The position numbers and the translations under genes are program-made. Below the pieces are notes generated by a model that had not been told where the DNA came from, made no database searches, and worked only from the letters and a program-made list of their open reading frames with translations. A DNA stretch of 64,000 nucleotides, taken from an uncultured virus (IMG/VR IMGVR_UViG_3300047462_000385) (taxonomy: Duplodnaviria; Heunggongvirae; Uroviricota; Caudoviricetes). Where the stretch lies: the IMG/VR virus record IMGVR_UViG_3300047462_000385, positions 1 through 64,000 of that record; one strand, 5' to 3'. Shown here piece after piece: positions 46,862-56,525 of this stretch (position 1 is its first letter; every line of letters begins with the position of its first letter).

Positions 46862-47875
46862 ATGGAAAAATTTGATTTTTGTGTATTCATTGGGCGTTTT
46901 TCTCCCCTTCAGAAAGCTCACAAATTTATTTTGGACAAAGCTCTTACCATAGCAGAAAAGGTGATTGTGGTGGTGGGAAGTTGTGGTTCGCCCCGCACCA
47001 TAAGAAATCCGTGGTCTGGCGATGAGCGTCAAGAAATGATTAGGCGGTGTCTCTCTTCGGAAGAAAAAGATAGAGTGATATTTATTTCAATGAAGGATTA
47101 TACTTACAATGATAATTTGTGGATATCAACACTTCAACAAAAAGTGAGTGAAGCCACGGATTATTCCGAAAAAGTATCCCTAATAGGATACGAAAGTGAT
47201 GAATCATCATATTATTTGAAACTTTTTCCCCAATATAAATATATTCAATGCGGGACAGAATATAATTTTCATGCCACCCAAGTTAGAGATTTATATTTTT
47301 CACATAACGCATCTTACAAAACAATGGTACCAAATGGTGTTGCTGAATATTTAGAAAATTTTAAGCAAACCAAAGAATTCGTGAACATAAAGCAAGAAAA
47401 GTATTTTATAGACAATTACAAAGAACAATGGCGAGGAGCCCCATTTCCACCCATATTTGTAACTGTTGATACAATAGTTGTGAAGTCTGGTCACGTATTG
47501 ATTGTGACTAGAAGGTCTAATCCTGGTAAGGGTTTGCTGGCTCTGCCTGGTGGTTTCGTCAATCAAAAAGAGAAATTGCAAGACGCCGCCCTCAGAGAAT
47601 TAAAAGAGGAAACCGGTATCAAAATTAATACTCCAGATTTAAAAAAATCGATAGCCGACTTTAAAGTATTTGATGACCCCTTGCGTTCTGCTCGCGGTCG
47701 TACTATTACTAATGCATACCTAATTGATTTGGGGATAGGTCCACTCCCTCAAGTAAAAGGAGCTGACGATGCAGAGAGAGCGTTTTGGTTACCTTTGGGC
47801 GAATTTCATTCGATGGAGAATGAATTTTTCGAGGACCACTACCATATAATAAAGTATTTTGTTTCCAAGTTCTGA
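46862..47875 (+). CDS. nadM: bifunctional NMN adenylyltransferase / Nudix ADP-ribose pyrophosphatase
   Basis: IGRFSP..H, NPW, Nudix box LPGG...ALRELKEETG, DH. Confidence 0.92.
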   Translation: MEKFDFCVFIGRFSPLQKAHKFILDKALTIAEKVIVVVGSCGSPRTIRNPWSGDERQEMIRRCLSSEEKDRVIFISMKDYTYNDNLWISTLQQKVSEATDYSEKVSLIGYESDESSYYLKLFPQYKYIQCGTEYNFHATQVRDLYFSHNASYKTMVPNGVAEYLENFKQTKEFVNIKQEKYFIDNYKEQWRGAPFPPIFVTVDTIVVKSGHVLIVTRRSNPGKGLLALPGGFVNQKEKLQDAALRELKEETGIKINTPDLKKSIADFKVFDDPLRSARGRTITNAYLIDLGIGPLPQVKGADDAERAFWLPLGEFHSMENEFFEDHYHIIKYFVSKF

Positions 47876-47904
47876 GCCAAGTTCTCACTGAGAGAACGAA
47901 TGGC
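47876..47904 (+). promoter_or_regulatory. conserved leader motif upstream of NAMPT
   Basis: Second copy, closing stem GCC/GGC. Confidence 0.6.
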
Positions 47905-47922
47905 AAACATACGGAGAGTATA

Positions 47923-49323
47923 ATGAAAACCAATCGTTTTAGTTACTTGTTTGATACAGACAGCTACAAAGTTTCCCACTACTTGCAGTATCCTCCTGGT
48001 ACCACAAGTATGTTCTCCTACATCGAAAGCCGAGGCGGAGAATACAGTGAAACTGTTTTCTTTGGATTGCAATACTACTTGAAGGAATATTTGACTCATC
48101 GAGTTACAGTAGAAGAGGTTGAGAAAGCCAAGGTACTCTTTGCGGCACATGGCGAGCCATTCAACTATGACGGCTGGATGTACATTGCCAAAGATTTGAA
48201 AGGCAAGCTCCCCATTCGTATTCGCGCCGTACCAGAAGGAACTGTGGTTCCAACCCATAATATTCTTGTCAGTATTGAATCTACTGATCCGAAAGTGTTT
48301 TGGATTGTTTCTTGGATTGAAACCATGTTGCTTAGGGTTTGGTATCCTATCACGGTAGCTAGCCGCAGTCGTACAATTCGTGGTATTATTTTGCGTGCAT
48401 TGCAAGCATCTTCGGATGATCCGCAAGCAGAAATCAGCTTTAAGCTTCATGACTTTGGCTCGCGTGGAGTTAGTAGCCAAGAGTCTGCTATGATTGGTGG
48501 CGCAGCCCACTTGGTCAATTTTATGGGAAGTGATACGGTTGTGGGAGTGTTATGTGCCAATGAGTACTACAATATTCCAATGGCTGGATTCAGCATTCCG
48601 GCAGCAGAACATAGCTCCATTACTTCTTGGGGCAAAGAAAATGAAGTTGAAGCATATCGTAATATGCTAAAGCAATTCGCTAAGCCGGGCGCCTTGGTTG
48701 CCTGTGTATCGGACTCTTACGACTTGTGGAATGCTTGTTCTCACTTGTGGGGTGATCAGTTGAAGCAGGAAGTGATTGATTCTGGTGCAGTGGTCATCAT
48801 TCGCCCCGACTCTGGTCATCCTCCTACGGTAGTGCTAAAGACCGTTAAACTATTGGAAGAAAAGTTTGGAACGACCATTAACAAGAGGGGCTATAAGGTC
48901 TTGAAAAATGTCCGTATCATTCAGGGCGACGGCATCAATGAAAGGTCTATCCAGCTGATCCTAGACACTTTGATGGACAATGGTTACAGTGCCACGAACA
49001 TTGCTTTTGGTATGGGTGGCGCTTTGCTACAACAACTCAACCGTGATACTGAAAAATTTGCTATGAAGTGCAGCCATATTTTCATCGGAGACAAATCGGT
49101 GGATGTATTCAAAGATCCAGTGACTGACAAGGGCAAGGCAAGCAAAGCAGGACGTTTGGATTTGTGCTTCAATGAACGCGGCGGTTATGAAACCGTTCCT
49201 TTGTTTGAAGATGAGGTTTCTCATAAACGCACTGTTATGAAGACGGTATATGAGAATGGTGAGATTTTGGTGGACGATAATTTCGAAGAAATTAGAAAGA
49301 GAGTTCGTCATGAAGGTGCTTAA
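47923..49323 (+). CDS. nadV: nicotinamide phosphoribosyltransferase
   Basis: TDSYKVSH, LHDFGSRG, PAAEHS, IRPDSG, IQGDG, GMGG. Confidence 0.95.
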   Translation: MKTNRFSYLFDTDSYKVSHYLQYPPGTTSMFSYIESRGGEYSETVFFGLQYYLKEYLTHRVTVEEVEKAKVLFAAHGEPFNYDGWMYIAKDLKGKLPIRIRAVPEGTVVPTHNILVSIESTDPKVFWIVSWIETMLLRVWYPITVASRSRTIRGIILRALQASSDDPQAEISFKLHDFGSRGVSSQESAMIGGAAHLVNFMGSDTVVGVLCANEYYNIPMAGFSIPAAEHSSITSWGKENEVEAYRNMLKQFAKPGALVACVSDSYDLWNACSHLWGDQLKQEVIDSGAVVIIRPDSGHPPTVVLKTVKLLEEKFGTTINKRGYKVLKNVRIIQGDGINERSIQLILDTLMDNGYSATNIAFGMGGALLQQLNRDTEKFAMKCSHIFIGDKSVDVFKDPVTDKGKASKAGRLDLCFNERGGYETVPLFEDEVSHKRTVMKTVYENGEILVDDNFEEIRKRVRHEGA

Positions 49324-49490
49324 AAAACAAGATATTAGCAATTGGACATACAAACATACTTGTGTTACTTGATCGATTTTGAAGGATATAATCATCGTTA
49401 CCTAGAGAAATCCTGGGATCAGGTGGTTAATGATCCTGACCGCCCAGTAGGACAAGCATTTGCTTTGTGTATGATTTTGGAAGGATATTT

Positions 49491-50060
49491 ATGATTAAAG
49501 TCATCAACTACCACTACAAGTCCCAACCTGGTGATTTGGTGGTCAATGCAACTTCTCGATCAAAAGATTGGAGCCAGTCCTTAAGCCCATTCTTTTGTGG
49601 ACCATGTGAGTTGTATAATGGTTATGTTTCCCAAAATATGGAAAATGCTTGGCAATATAGCAAGGTCTATGAATATTATCTAGAAGATAATGGAACTGTG
49701 GGCAAAAGATATTTCGATTGGGCATAGAGCGGTTGGAACAAAATCAGAGCCGATCGTTATCCAATGGGCAAAGAAGCAAAACCTTTGTATTCTTATTGGG
49801 ACGGTGAAAAATTTTCTTATGTAGAAGCAAGAAAGAAAATATACATCCCGCTATATGCTCGTGCAGTACAGCGAACGTTTGCTTTTGAAAAATTAAAAGA
49901 TCTAGCTAAAGCTAACGAAAAAGTATTTCTTTTAGATTTTGATGCGCATAATTTGGAACCTGGTACGTTTGATTACTGGGAACTAGTTAACAATCCAAAT
50001 CTAAAAGTGGGACATGCATATGTGTTGGCAATGCTATTAGAAGGAATAATACATGAGTAA
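49491..50060 (+). CDS. NADAR/DUF6939-like protein with in-frame TAG at 49725-49727
   Basis: TSRS..LSPF..ENAWQYSKV..DWA*SGW..YPMGK..YVEARKKIYIPLY..HAYVLA; both halves in frame. Confidence 0.6.
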
Positions 50061-50967
50061 CGTACTATTAGGAACAGCTGTTGCAGATGCACTTGGCGTT
50101 CCGTTTGAAACTAAGCTAATAAACAACCCAGCCTTATTGGAATGGGATGGCAAAAGTTTCTTGGGTAGTGAACACCATAAGCTACAACCAGGACAATACT
50201 CAGATGATACTCAAATGAGTTTGATGGTTGCCGAATCTCTAATTGAGAATCGTGGTTTCAATCCAGACGATTTGTCTGCTAGGTACGTAGATTGGATGAC
50301 TTCTGGTCGAGCTAGAGGTTGGGGCAAAACTACCTTGATGGCAATTCAGAATTTGACTTCTGGCAAACATTGGAGTGAATCTGGTATTGTTGGCTCTCTT
50401 GGCAATGGTACCGCTATGCGCTCCGCACCATTTGGAGTCTATTTCCGCAATGACCTCAAATCATTAGTCGATATCTGTAAAGTTGATAGTGCTATCACCC
50501 ACGTATCACCAGATGCTGAGGCTGGTTCGATTGCTATTGCAGTGGCAGCTTATTACGCTGTCAATGATGATTCTGACAATTTGTTAGAAAAGATTTGGGC
50601 TCACTTGCCAGATAGTAAGGTAAAGAATACTGTCTATAGTTTAGATGCTTTGATTAGCTCTGACCACATTAGCCCACGGCAAGCTCTCAAGGTACTTGGT
50701 ACCAAGGCTAACGTTCAAGAAACAGTTCCAGCAGCACTATATTGCTTCTTGAAGTTTGATAACTACTATGATGCAGTGGTAACTGCTATCAAGGCTGGTG
50801 GAGATACTGACACGACTGCCGCTATTGTCGGCGCCTTATTTGGCGCAAAATATGGCATGAAAGCCATTGATCCTGCTTTCTATGCGGTAGAAGACTTCGA
50901 TAAGCTTATTGCTTTAGACAGTCAATTATTCAACAGATCTGATTCTTCATTCTTTCCAAGAGGGTAA
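50053..50967 (+). CDS. ADP-ribosylglycohydrolase (second copy)
   Basis: DALG, YSDDT, GNGTAMR, GGDTDT. Confidence 0.92.
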   Translation: MSNVLLGTAVADALGVPFETKLINNPALLEWDGKSFLGSEHHKLQPGQYSDDTQMSLMVAESLIENRGFNPDDLSARYVDWMTSGRARGWGKTTLMAIQNLTSGKHWSESGIVGSLGNGTAMRSAPFGVYFRNDLKSLVDICKVDSAITHVSPDAEAGSIAIAVAAYYAVNDDSDNLLEKIWAHLPDSKVKNTVYSLDALISSDHISPRQALKVLGTKANVQETVPAALYCFLKFDNYYDAVVTAIKAGGDTDTTAAIVGALFGAKYGMKAIDPAFYAVEDFDKLIALDSQLFNRSDSSFFPRG

Positions 50968-50968
50968 C

Positions 50969-51805
50969 ATGTCCAAGAAATTACATTGTTTCGGTCATGA
51001 TTGGGAACAAAATCATGAGACATGGTACACTACAATTGACAGATTTGTCGTTAATACTTGGAAATTTGGATCTATTCATCAGGCTAAAATTCTGGTAGAT
51101 TACGACTTAAAAATTGACGGAAAAACTCATGATGCTCCATTATCAAGACCGTACGTTGGCATTTGTTTACGTCCTGGTAAAACACGTGACGTAGCAATGA
51201 AGACTTGTCTTGATTGGATTGATGAGTTTAAAAAGAAAGGTCCGCCCACAGTTGAGGAGTCTTTTGAGTACTGCGCCAAATACTGGTCAGACATTTATCC
51301 GACTAGAGTTTCCTATCTTGATCATTGGTTCTTTACTATTGGTAATGGATATGATTGGTTAGATGGTAGCCTTATGAATACAAGCCCAGATAGTTATCTT
51401 GATTCTTTAGCTCGTCGCGAAGAAAATAAAGAAGTATTTGAGGCAGCCGCAGAGGTCAAGAAACTTCTCAAAAAATATGGATATGAAGAGATTCTAAACG
51501 AATACGACGATTATAGCGATCCACAATCCAAATATTGGACATCTGGTGTTTATAGCTTTTATCCTGTCTCCAAAGATTATTCCGATATTTGCAAGGTACC
51601 GGATGATGTGAAGCCAGATTGGTTAGCTTTAGCTTATGAAGCTGCCTTATTGTTGCGAGATAAAAGTGGCGTTCCTCAGGTCAAATCACGATATAGTAGC
51701 GGAGAAGATGATCACGCTCGCCAGGAAGAAAACAGGAAAATTGGCGTCCAAGTGGTTTCTGATTTAGAAAGAAGATTTCCTCATGTCCTCAAAAAAGGTC
51801 AGTAA
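50969..51805 (+). CDS. hypothetical protein
   Basis: 278-aa ORF. Confidence 0.7.
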   Translation: MSKKLHCFGHDWEQNHETWYTTIDRFVVNTWKFGSIHQAKILVDYDLKIDGKTHDAPLSRPYVGICLRPGKTRDVAMKTCLDWIDEFKKKGPPTVEESFEYCAKYWSDIYPTRVSYLDHWFFTIGNGYDWLDGSLMNTSPDSYLDSLARREENKEVFEAAAEVKKLLKKYGYEEILNEYDDYSDPQSKYWTSGVYSFYPVSKDYSDICKVPDDVKPDWLALAYEAALLLRDKSGVPQVKSRYSSGEDDHARQEENRKIGVQVVSDLERRFPHVLKKGQ

Positions 51806-53273
51806 GTTTCCACCCAAAAGACCAGATAATTCACACCTCGTCAAGTTCAATCCCAAGAGAGAGTGGTCTGACTTTCAGAAGAATATCTTCAAAGATATTG
51901 CCAAAGCATCAGATCATACTGTGGTAATTGCCCGCGCAGGTTCTGGTAAAACATCCACTATCGTAGAGGGATTCAAGTACATTCCGAGAGGTAAAAAGAC
52001 TCTCATGGTTGCTTTCAACAAAAGCATCGCTGAAGAGCTAAAGCAACGAGCACCATCCTACGTAGACACTCTAACCCTTCACAGTTTGGGCTTTCGCGCC
52101 ATCAAACAGAATTTTGGCAATGTCATCCTAGAGAACGATAAATGCAGAGCATTGGTCGCCACTTTGATTGGTGACGACTATGATTTGTGGGAGCTTAATC
52201 AAAGTATTTGCAAATGCGTTTCTTTATGCAAAGGCTTTTTATTTGACACTCCAACCAAAATCGATGAGTTGATGGACCGATTTGATATCGATCCTCTAGA
52301 TTTAGAACGACCCAAATTTATTGAGTACGTCATCAAAACACTAGGATTGTGCAAGTCTCAAAAGCAAGTTGTGGACTTTGATGATATGATTTGGTTTCCA
52401 TTCGTGTATCGTCTCAATGTTGGCAAATGGGATGTAGTATTCGTTGATGAGGCTCAGGATTTGAATGCTGCCCAAATTGCTATGGTAATGTCGGCAATCA
52501 AGCCAGGTGGTAGAATCATTGCGGTAGGTGACCCTGCTCAAAGCATTTATCAGTTTCGCGGAGCCGACAGTGAAGCTATTCCTAATTTCATTAATAAGTT
52601 GAAAGCTAAGACGTTGCCGCTTTCAGTCACATACCGCTGCCCTAAAAAGGTGGTGAAACTGGCACAAGAGATAGTTCCCGATATTCAGGCTCACGACAAT
52701 GCTCCAGATGGATTTGTTGTTGAAATGCCTGTGGAAGATTTGCAAAAATCAGTTAAGGCAGGAGATTTCGTTCTATCAAGAACTAATGCCCCATTGGTAA
52801 AACACTGCATGGCTTTGCTCAAAGCGGGTGTCCCAGCTAATATTCAGGGTCGAGATGTTGGTGCTAACCTATTGTACTTCATCAAAAAATCTAAGGCAAA
52901 AACCATTAATGATTTCATTGCTTATGTTGTTGAATGGAAAGAGCAAGAAATTAGAAGATTATTGTCGGAGAAGAGAGATACGACAGTATGTATCGATAAA
53001 GCGGAATGTTTATTGAACCTATGCGAAGGAACTTTGACGATTAAAGATCTCAAAGAGACTATCGAGAAACTGTTTAATGATGTTGATGATGCTGCTAAAG
53101 TTATGTTTTCTACGACTCATAAAGCCAAAGGTTTGGAACGCGATCGTGTCTTTATTTTGACCAGCACCTATCGAAAAAGCGGAATGGGCGGAGAAGAAGA
53201 TAACCTTTGGTATGTTGCCGTAACTCGTAGTAAATCTGAGCTATATTTGGTGAAGAAACTAGCCAAGATCTAA
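51783..53273 (+). CDS. UvrD/Rep-like SF1 helicase
   Basis: AGSGKT, VDEAQD, GDPAQSIYQFRGA, THKAKGLE, YVAVTR. Confidence 0.93.
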   Translation: MSSKKVSKFPPKRPDNSHLVKFNPKREWSDFQKNIFKDIAKASDHTVVIARAGSGKTSTIVEGFKYIPRGKKTLMVAFNKSIAEELKQRAPSYVDTLTLHSLGFRAIKQNFGNVILENDKCRALVATLIGDDYDLWELNQSICKCVSLCKGFLFDTPTKIDELMDRFDIDPLDLERPKFIEYVIKTLGLCKSQKQVVDFDDMIWFPFVYRLNVGKWDVVFVDEAQDLNAAQIAMVMSAIKPGGRIIAVGDPAQSIYQFRGADSEAIPNFINKLKAKTLPLSVTYRCPKKVVKLAQEIVPDIQAHDNAPDGFVVEMPVEDLQKSVKAGDFVLSRTNAPLVKHCMALLKAGVPANIQGRDVGANLLYFIKKSKAKTINDFIAYVVEWKEQEIRRLLSEKRDTTVCIDKAECLLNLCEGTLTIKDLKETIEKLFNDVDDAAKVMFSTTHKAKGLERDRVFILTSTYRKSGMGGEEDNLWYVAVTRSKSELYLVKKLAKI

Positions 53274-53301
53274 TATCGTCATAATGTAGCATTATGTTGA
53301 T

Positions 53302-54498
53302 ATGGTATGCTTCAAAATGCTTGGCAGAGACGTTGATTCGTCTCCAATACAATATAGAACTTGGGTAGTGAATGATACGCCGGATTTCACTGGTGCGCTA
53401 TATACTGGCGATAAATCAGGTCCTAGTCCGTTAGTGGATGTTACTGCTTATGAAATTCTTGATCCTAGTGTTGTAGCTAATTTCAATTTACCTAATGCAG
53501 AAGACTGGTCTACTACCAGAAGAGTGCTTCCATGCTACACCTGTGATTCACAAACCGCTGTTATTGATGGTTATGTCTATTTATTTGGTGGACAGAACAG
53601 TTCCAAGATTCTTCGTGCCCCCGTTAATAATCCGGGTGTTTGGGCTGATACTGGCGCTAAATTGCCAATACCGCTTGCTGGCTCGCAATTAGCTATTGTA
53701 AACAACTCTGTCTATTTGTTTGGTGGAACTACAGATGCTACCTTTGGAACACCAACCAATGCAGTTCTGTCGGCTCCAACCTCTAATCCATTAAACTGGA
53801 CCAATGATGGTTATATTCTGCCAAAAAATCTTCATCATTCCCAATTGGGCATTATTGATGGTTACATGTATTTATTTGGCGGCTATGATGGATATGGTCC
53901 AAGCAAAGCCATTCTAAGCGCCCCAACTAGCAGCCCACTATCGTGGAGTGATACCGGACAGACTTTACCAGATCCTTTATATGGTTCACAGCTAGCTATT
54001 GTAGATGGATATGCGATATTATTTGGCGGATTAACGACCAATAATACTACTACCAAGAATATTTATTCAGCACCGATTAATACACCAACTACTTGGTCTT
54101 TTACTAGCTTTTTACCATTTCCATGTTTTTATGGTCAGTTTGCCACAGTAGGTAATCAAGGATTTTTATTTACTCCAACTGATGGTTATGTTTCTCCAAC
54201 AAGAATCTTAAGATGTCAATTGTCTAATCCATTTTCATGGATAGATACAAAGACATCTATTCCTGGAGAAGTTTCTCAATCGCAACTTGCGATTATTTAC
54301 GATCGATTATTCTTATTTGGTGGCAATGGAAGTACTATTGTTTTTGCCAACAATTCTCTTTTGAAATACAAATTGGACGATGTGATTGCTGTCAGTTACG
54401 GCTCAGTTACACGAACCCAAGTCAATGCGACTCCTAACAAACTGGATTTGTTCGTAGTTCTCGGATTCCCTCCTTGGAAAACTGATTACGGCGCCTAA
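53302..54498 (+). CDS. Kelch-repeat protein
   Basis: Repeated SQLAI.DG.VYLFGG units. Confidence 0.85.
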   Translation: MVCFKMLGRDVDSSPIQYRTWVVNDTPDFTGALYTGDKSGPSPLVDVTAYEILDPSVVANFNLPNAEDWSTTRRVLPCYTCDSQTAVIDGYVYLFGGQNSSKILRAPVNNPGVWADTGAKLPIPLAGSQLAIVNNSVYLFGGTTDATFGTPTNAVLSAPTSNPLNWTNDGYILPKNLHHSQLGIIDGYMYLFGGYDGYGPSKAILSAPTSSPLSWSDTGQTLPDPLYGSQLAIVDGYAILFGGLTTNNTTTKNIYSAPINTPTTWSFTSFLPFPCFYGQFATVGNQGFLFTPTDGYVSPTRILRCQLSNPFSWIDTKTSIPGEVSQSQLAIIYDRLFLFGGNGSTIVFANNSLLKYKLDDVIAVSYGSVTRTQVNATPNKLDLFVVLGFPPWKTDYGA

Positions 54499-54551
54499 TT
54501 TTTCAGATTGGCGGGGCTTGACTTCCTTATTTTAGTGATTAAGATATTTGT

Positions 54552-55004
54552 ATGGAACCACTGGATTCATCAGAGGCAGCTGCAAAGCGAGCTAATCAAG
54601 AAGACCCTATTGTAATGTACCTAATCGTACGAGAGTCATTAGGCATGGGTATAGGTAAAACGGCAGCACAGTGTGCGCATGCTTCCCAAATGCTTCAGTT
54701 AAAGTACGACACTTTTCGTTCGGAAAATGAAGCAAACAATTTGTGTGGTTGGGAGCCAGAGCATGACCCTTCGTTAGTTACGTCTTTTAAAGCGTGGCTT
54801 GATGAATCTTTTCGTAAAGTTGTTTTAAAAGCTGATGATAAAGAATGGGACAAGATCAAAGCTGAATTTCCAAACAAGTTTGTTCTTGTGGTGGATGCTG
54901 GTTTGACTGAAATTGCTCCTATGAGTGAAACAGTTATTGGACTTTGGCCAATGAAGAAAAGCCAAGTTCCCAAAGTTATTAAAAAACTACAGGTATTAAA
55001 ATGA
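54552..55004 (+). CDS. pth2: peptidyl-tRNA hydrolase, Pth2 family
   Basis: GKTAAQCAHA, KVVLK, DAGLTEI..TVIGL. Confidence 0.9.
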   Translation: MEPLDSSEAAAKRANQEDPIVMYLIVRESLGMGIGKTAAQCAHASQMLQLKYDTFRSENEANNLCGWEPEHDPSLVTSFKAWLDESFRKVVLKADDKEWDKIKAEFPNKFVLVVDAGLTEIAPMSETVIGLWPMKKSQVPKVIKKLQVLK

Positions 55005-55648
55005 GACATTTTACTGTTAAAGAAGTTAAGCCAAAGATTTTTCATCTGAATTTCAAAGACCCATATCAATGCGCCATGCATTTCTTGCGATATCAAGAGT
55101 ATTATGAGTCGCCCAATCCTAAATTTCGCAATCACGCTTTTAGTTTGGTAGATTTTATGGAGTGGTATTCTGAAACTTTTGGCAATGGCTCTTTTACTTA
55201 TCCACTAGATTGGGCGGGGTTCAATGTCCCAAGCAATGTCATTACCATGGTTCATAGCTTGGGAATTCCAGATAAAAACAAGTATGATCAAGTCATGTTA
55301 GATGTACATGCCGCTTGCAGCCAAAAAGCTGGAGGCGATTTTTACCTTATTGGTTCTACTGGCAATAAAACAAAGAATCTATTTACCATGAAGCATGAAG
55401 TGGCTCATGGTATGTTTTATTTGATTCCGAAATATAAAAAGGAAATGGCTACTCTTGTCAGTGAACTTAAGCCTAATTTTCGAAACTCTATGTTTAAAGT
55501 CTTGAAACGCATCGGATATACTTCCCATGTCTACGTGGATGAATGTCAGGCTTATTTATCTACTGGAGTGCCTGCTGGATTCAATATCAAACTTAAAAAT
55601 GAAAACAAACCATTTATCGAACTTTACAATAAATACTACAATGCATAA
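55001..55648 (+). CDS. hypothetical protein
   Basis: 215-aa ORF, RYQEYYESP, HEVAH. Confidence 0.65.
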   Translation: MRHFTVKEVKPKIFHLNFKDPYQCAMHFLRYQEYYESPNPKFRNHAFSLVDFMEWYSETFGNGSFTYPLDWAGFNVPSNVITMVHSLGIPDKNKYDQVMLDVHAACSQKAGGDFYLIGSTGNKTKNLFTMKHEVAHGMFYLIPKYKKEMATLVSELKPNFRNSMFKVLKRIGYTSHVYVDECQAYLSTGVPAGFNIKLKNENKPFIELYNKYYNA

Positions 55649-56216
55649 ACTTTTATTTGTCATTCTATTTGTTTTAGTGGGCTGTAATGACATGCCCAAT
55701 ATCAATGAAAAACCAATCAAACGTGATCCCGTTATCACAGCCCCAACCACTGTACAAGAATCGTCTGATATCCAGTGGAACGCTCACTTCTCACCCAATG
55801 GTGGCTGCACCACTCATGTAGTGGAGGAACTTGGTAAAGCGCAACAATCTGTTTATGTTCAAGCGTATTCATTTACTTCGGTACCAATTGCTCAAGCTTT
55901 GATGGCTGCCCATCAACGAGGTGTGCATGTCGAAGTGATTCTTGATAAGAGCGACAGGACCGGCAAAGGAAGCGTTTTGCCAATGTTGGTGGGTCATGGT
56001 ATAACTACCTACATTGATGACAAGCACGCTATTGCTCACAACAAGATTATGATTATTGACAAGAAGACTGTTTTCACTGGATCTTTCAACTTTACCAATG
56101 CTGCCGAGCATAGCAACGCAGAGAATAGTATCGAATTAACTAATGCCAAAATTGCAGAAACATATCAGCAAAATTGGGATCATCACAAAGAACACTCAAC
56201 TAGGCAATCACTATGA
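55641..56216 (+). CDS. PLD-family nuclease (Nuc-like), putative lipoprotein
   Basis: HNKIMIID..TGSFNFT..N.EN; LVGC. Confidence 0.9.
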   Translation: MHKLLFVILFVLVGCNDMPNINEKPIKRDPVITAPTTVQESSDIQWNAHFSPNGGCTTHVVEELGKAQQSVYVQAYSFTSVPIAQALMAAHQRGVHVEVILDKSDRTGKGSVLPMLVGHGITTYIDDKHAIAHNKIMIIDKKTVFTGSFNFTNAAEHSNAENSIELTNAKIAETYQQNWDHHKEHSTRQSL

Positions 56217-56521
56217 AAAATAAGAAAACTGCAGAAACAGACTTGTTAATTGTCAAGATGCTTAATAGTTTGGGGGACGAAAAAATACTAAATTATTTGC
56301 TTCTTTCTTTTCAAGAAGATTTAAAAACATTAGATAATTCCATTAGGGATGAGCAAGTTTTTGCTAAAGAAAACCCTCCGCATAGTACATATGGTTTCGC
56401 TGGTACAGAGGCTCGCCAACGAGTGAAGTATCTAAAAAGAATTAGAAAAGAACGCGTACTACTTAACAAGAAGTTCAATTTGTGTATCAAGATGAAAACC
56501 CGTATAGATAAGATGTGGTGA
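56213..56521 (+). CDS. hypothetical protein
   Basis: 102-aa coupled ORF. Confidence 0.55.
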   Translation: MKNKKTAETDLLIVKMLNSLGDEKILNYLLLSFQEDLKTLDNSIRDEQVFAKENPPHSTYGFAGTEARQRVKYLKRIRKERVLLNKKFNLCIKMKTRIDKMW

Positions 56522-56525
56522 AATT

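Noticed and set aside
47839..48510. 223-aa antisense ORF within nadV
   Set aside because: Antisense shadow of a conserved gene with no recognisable motif.
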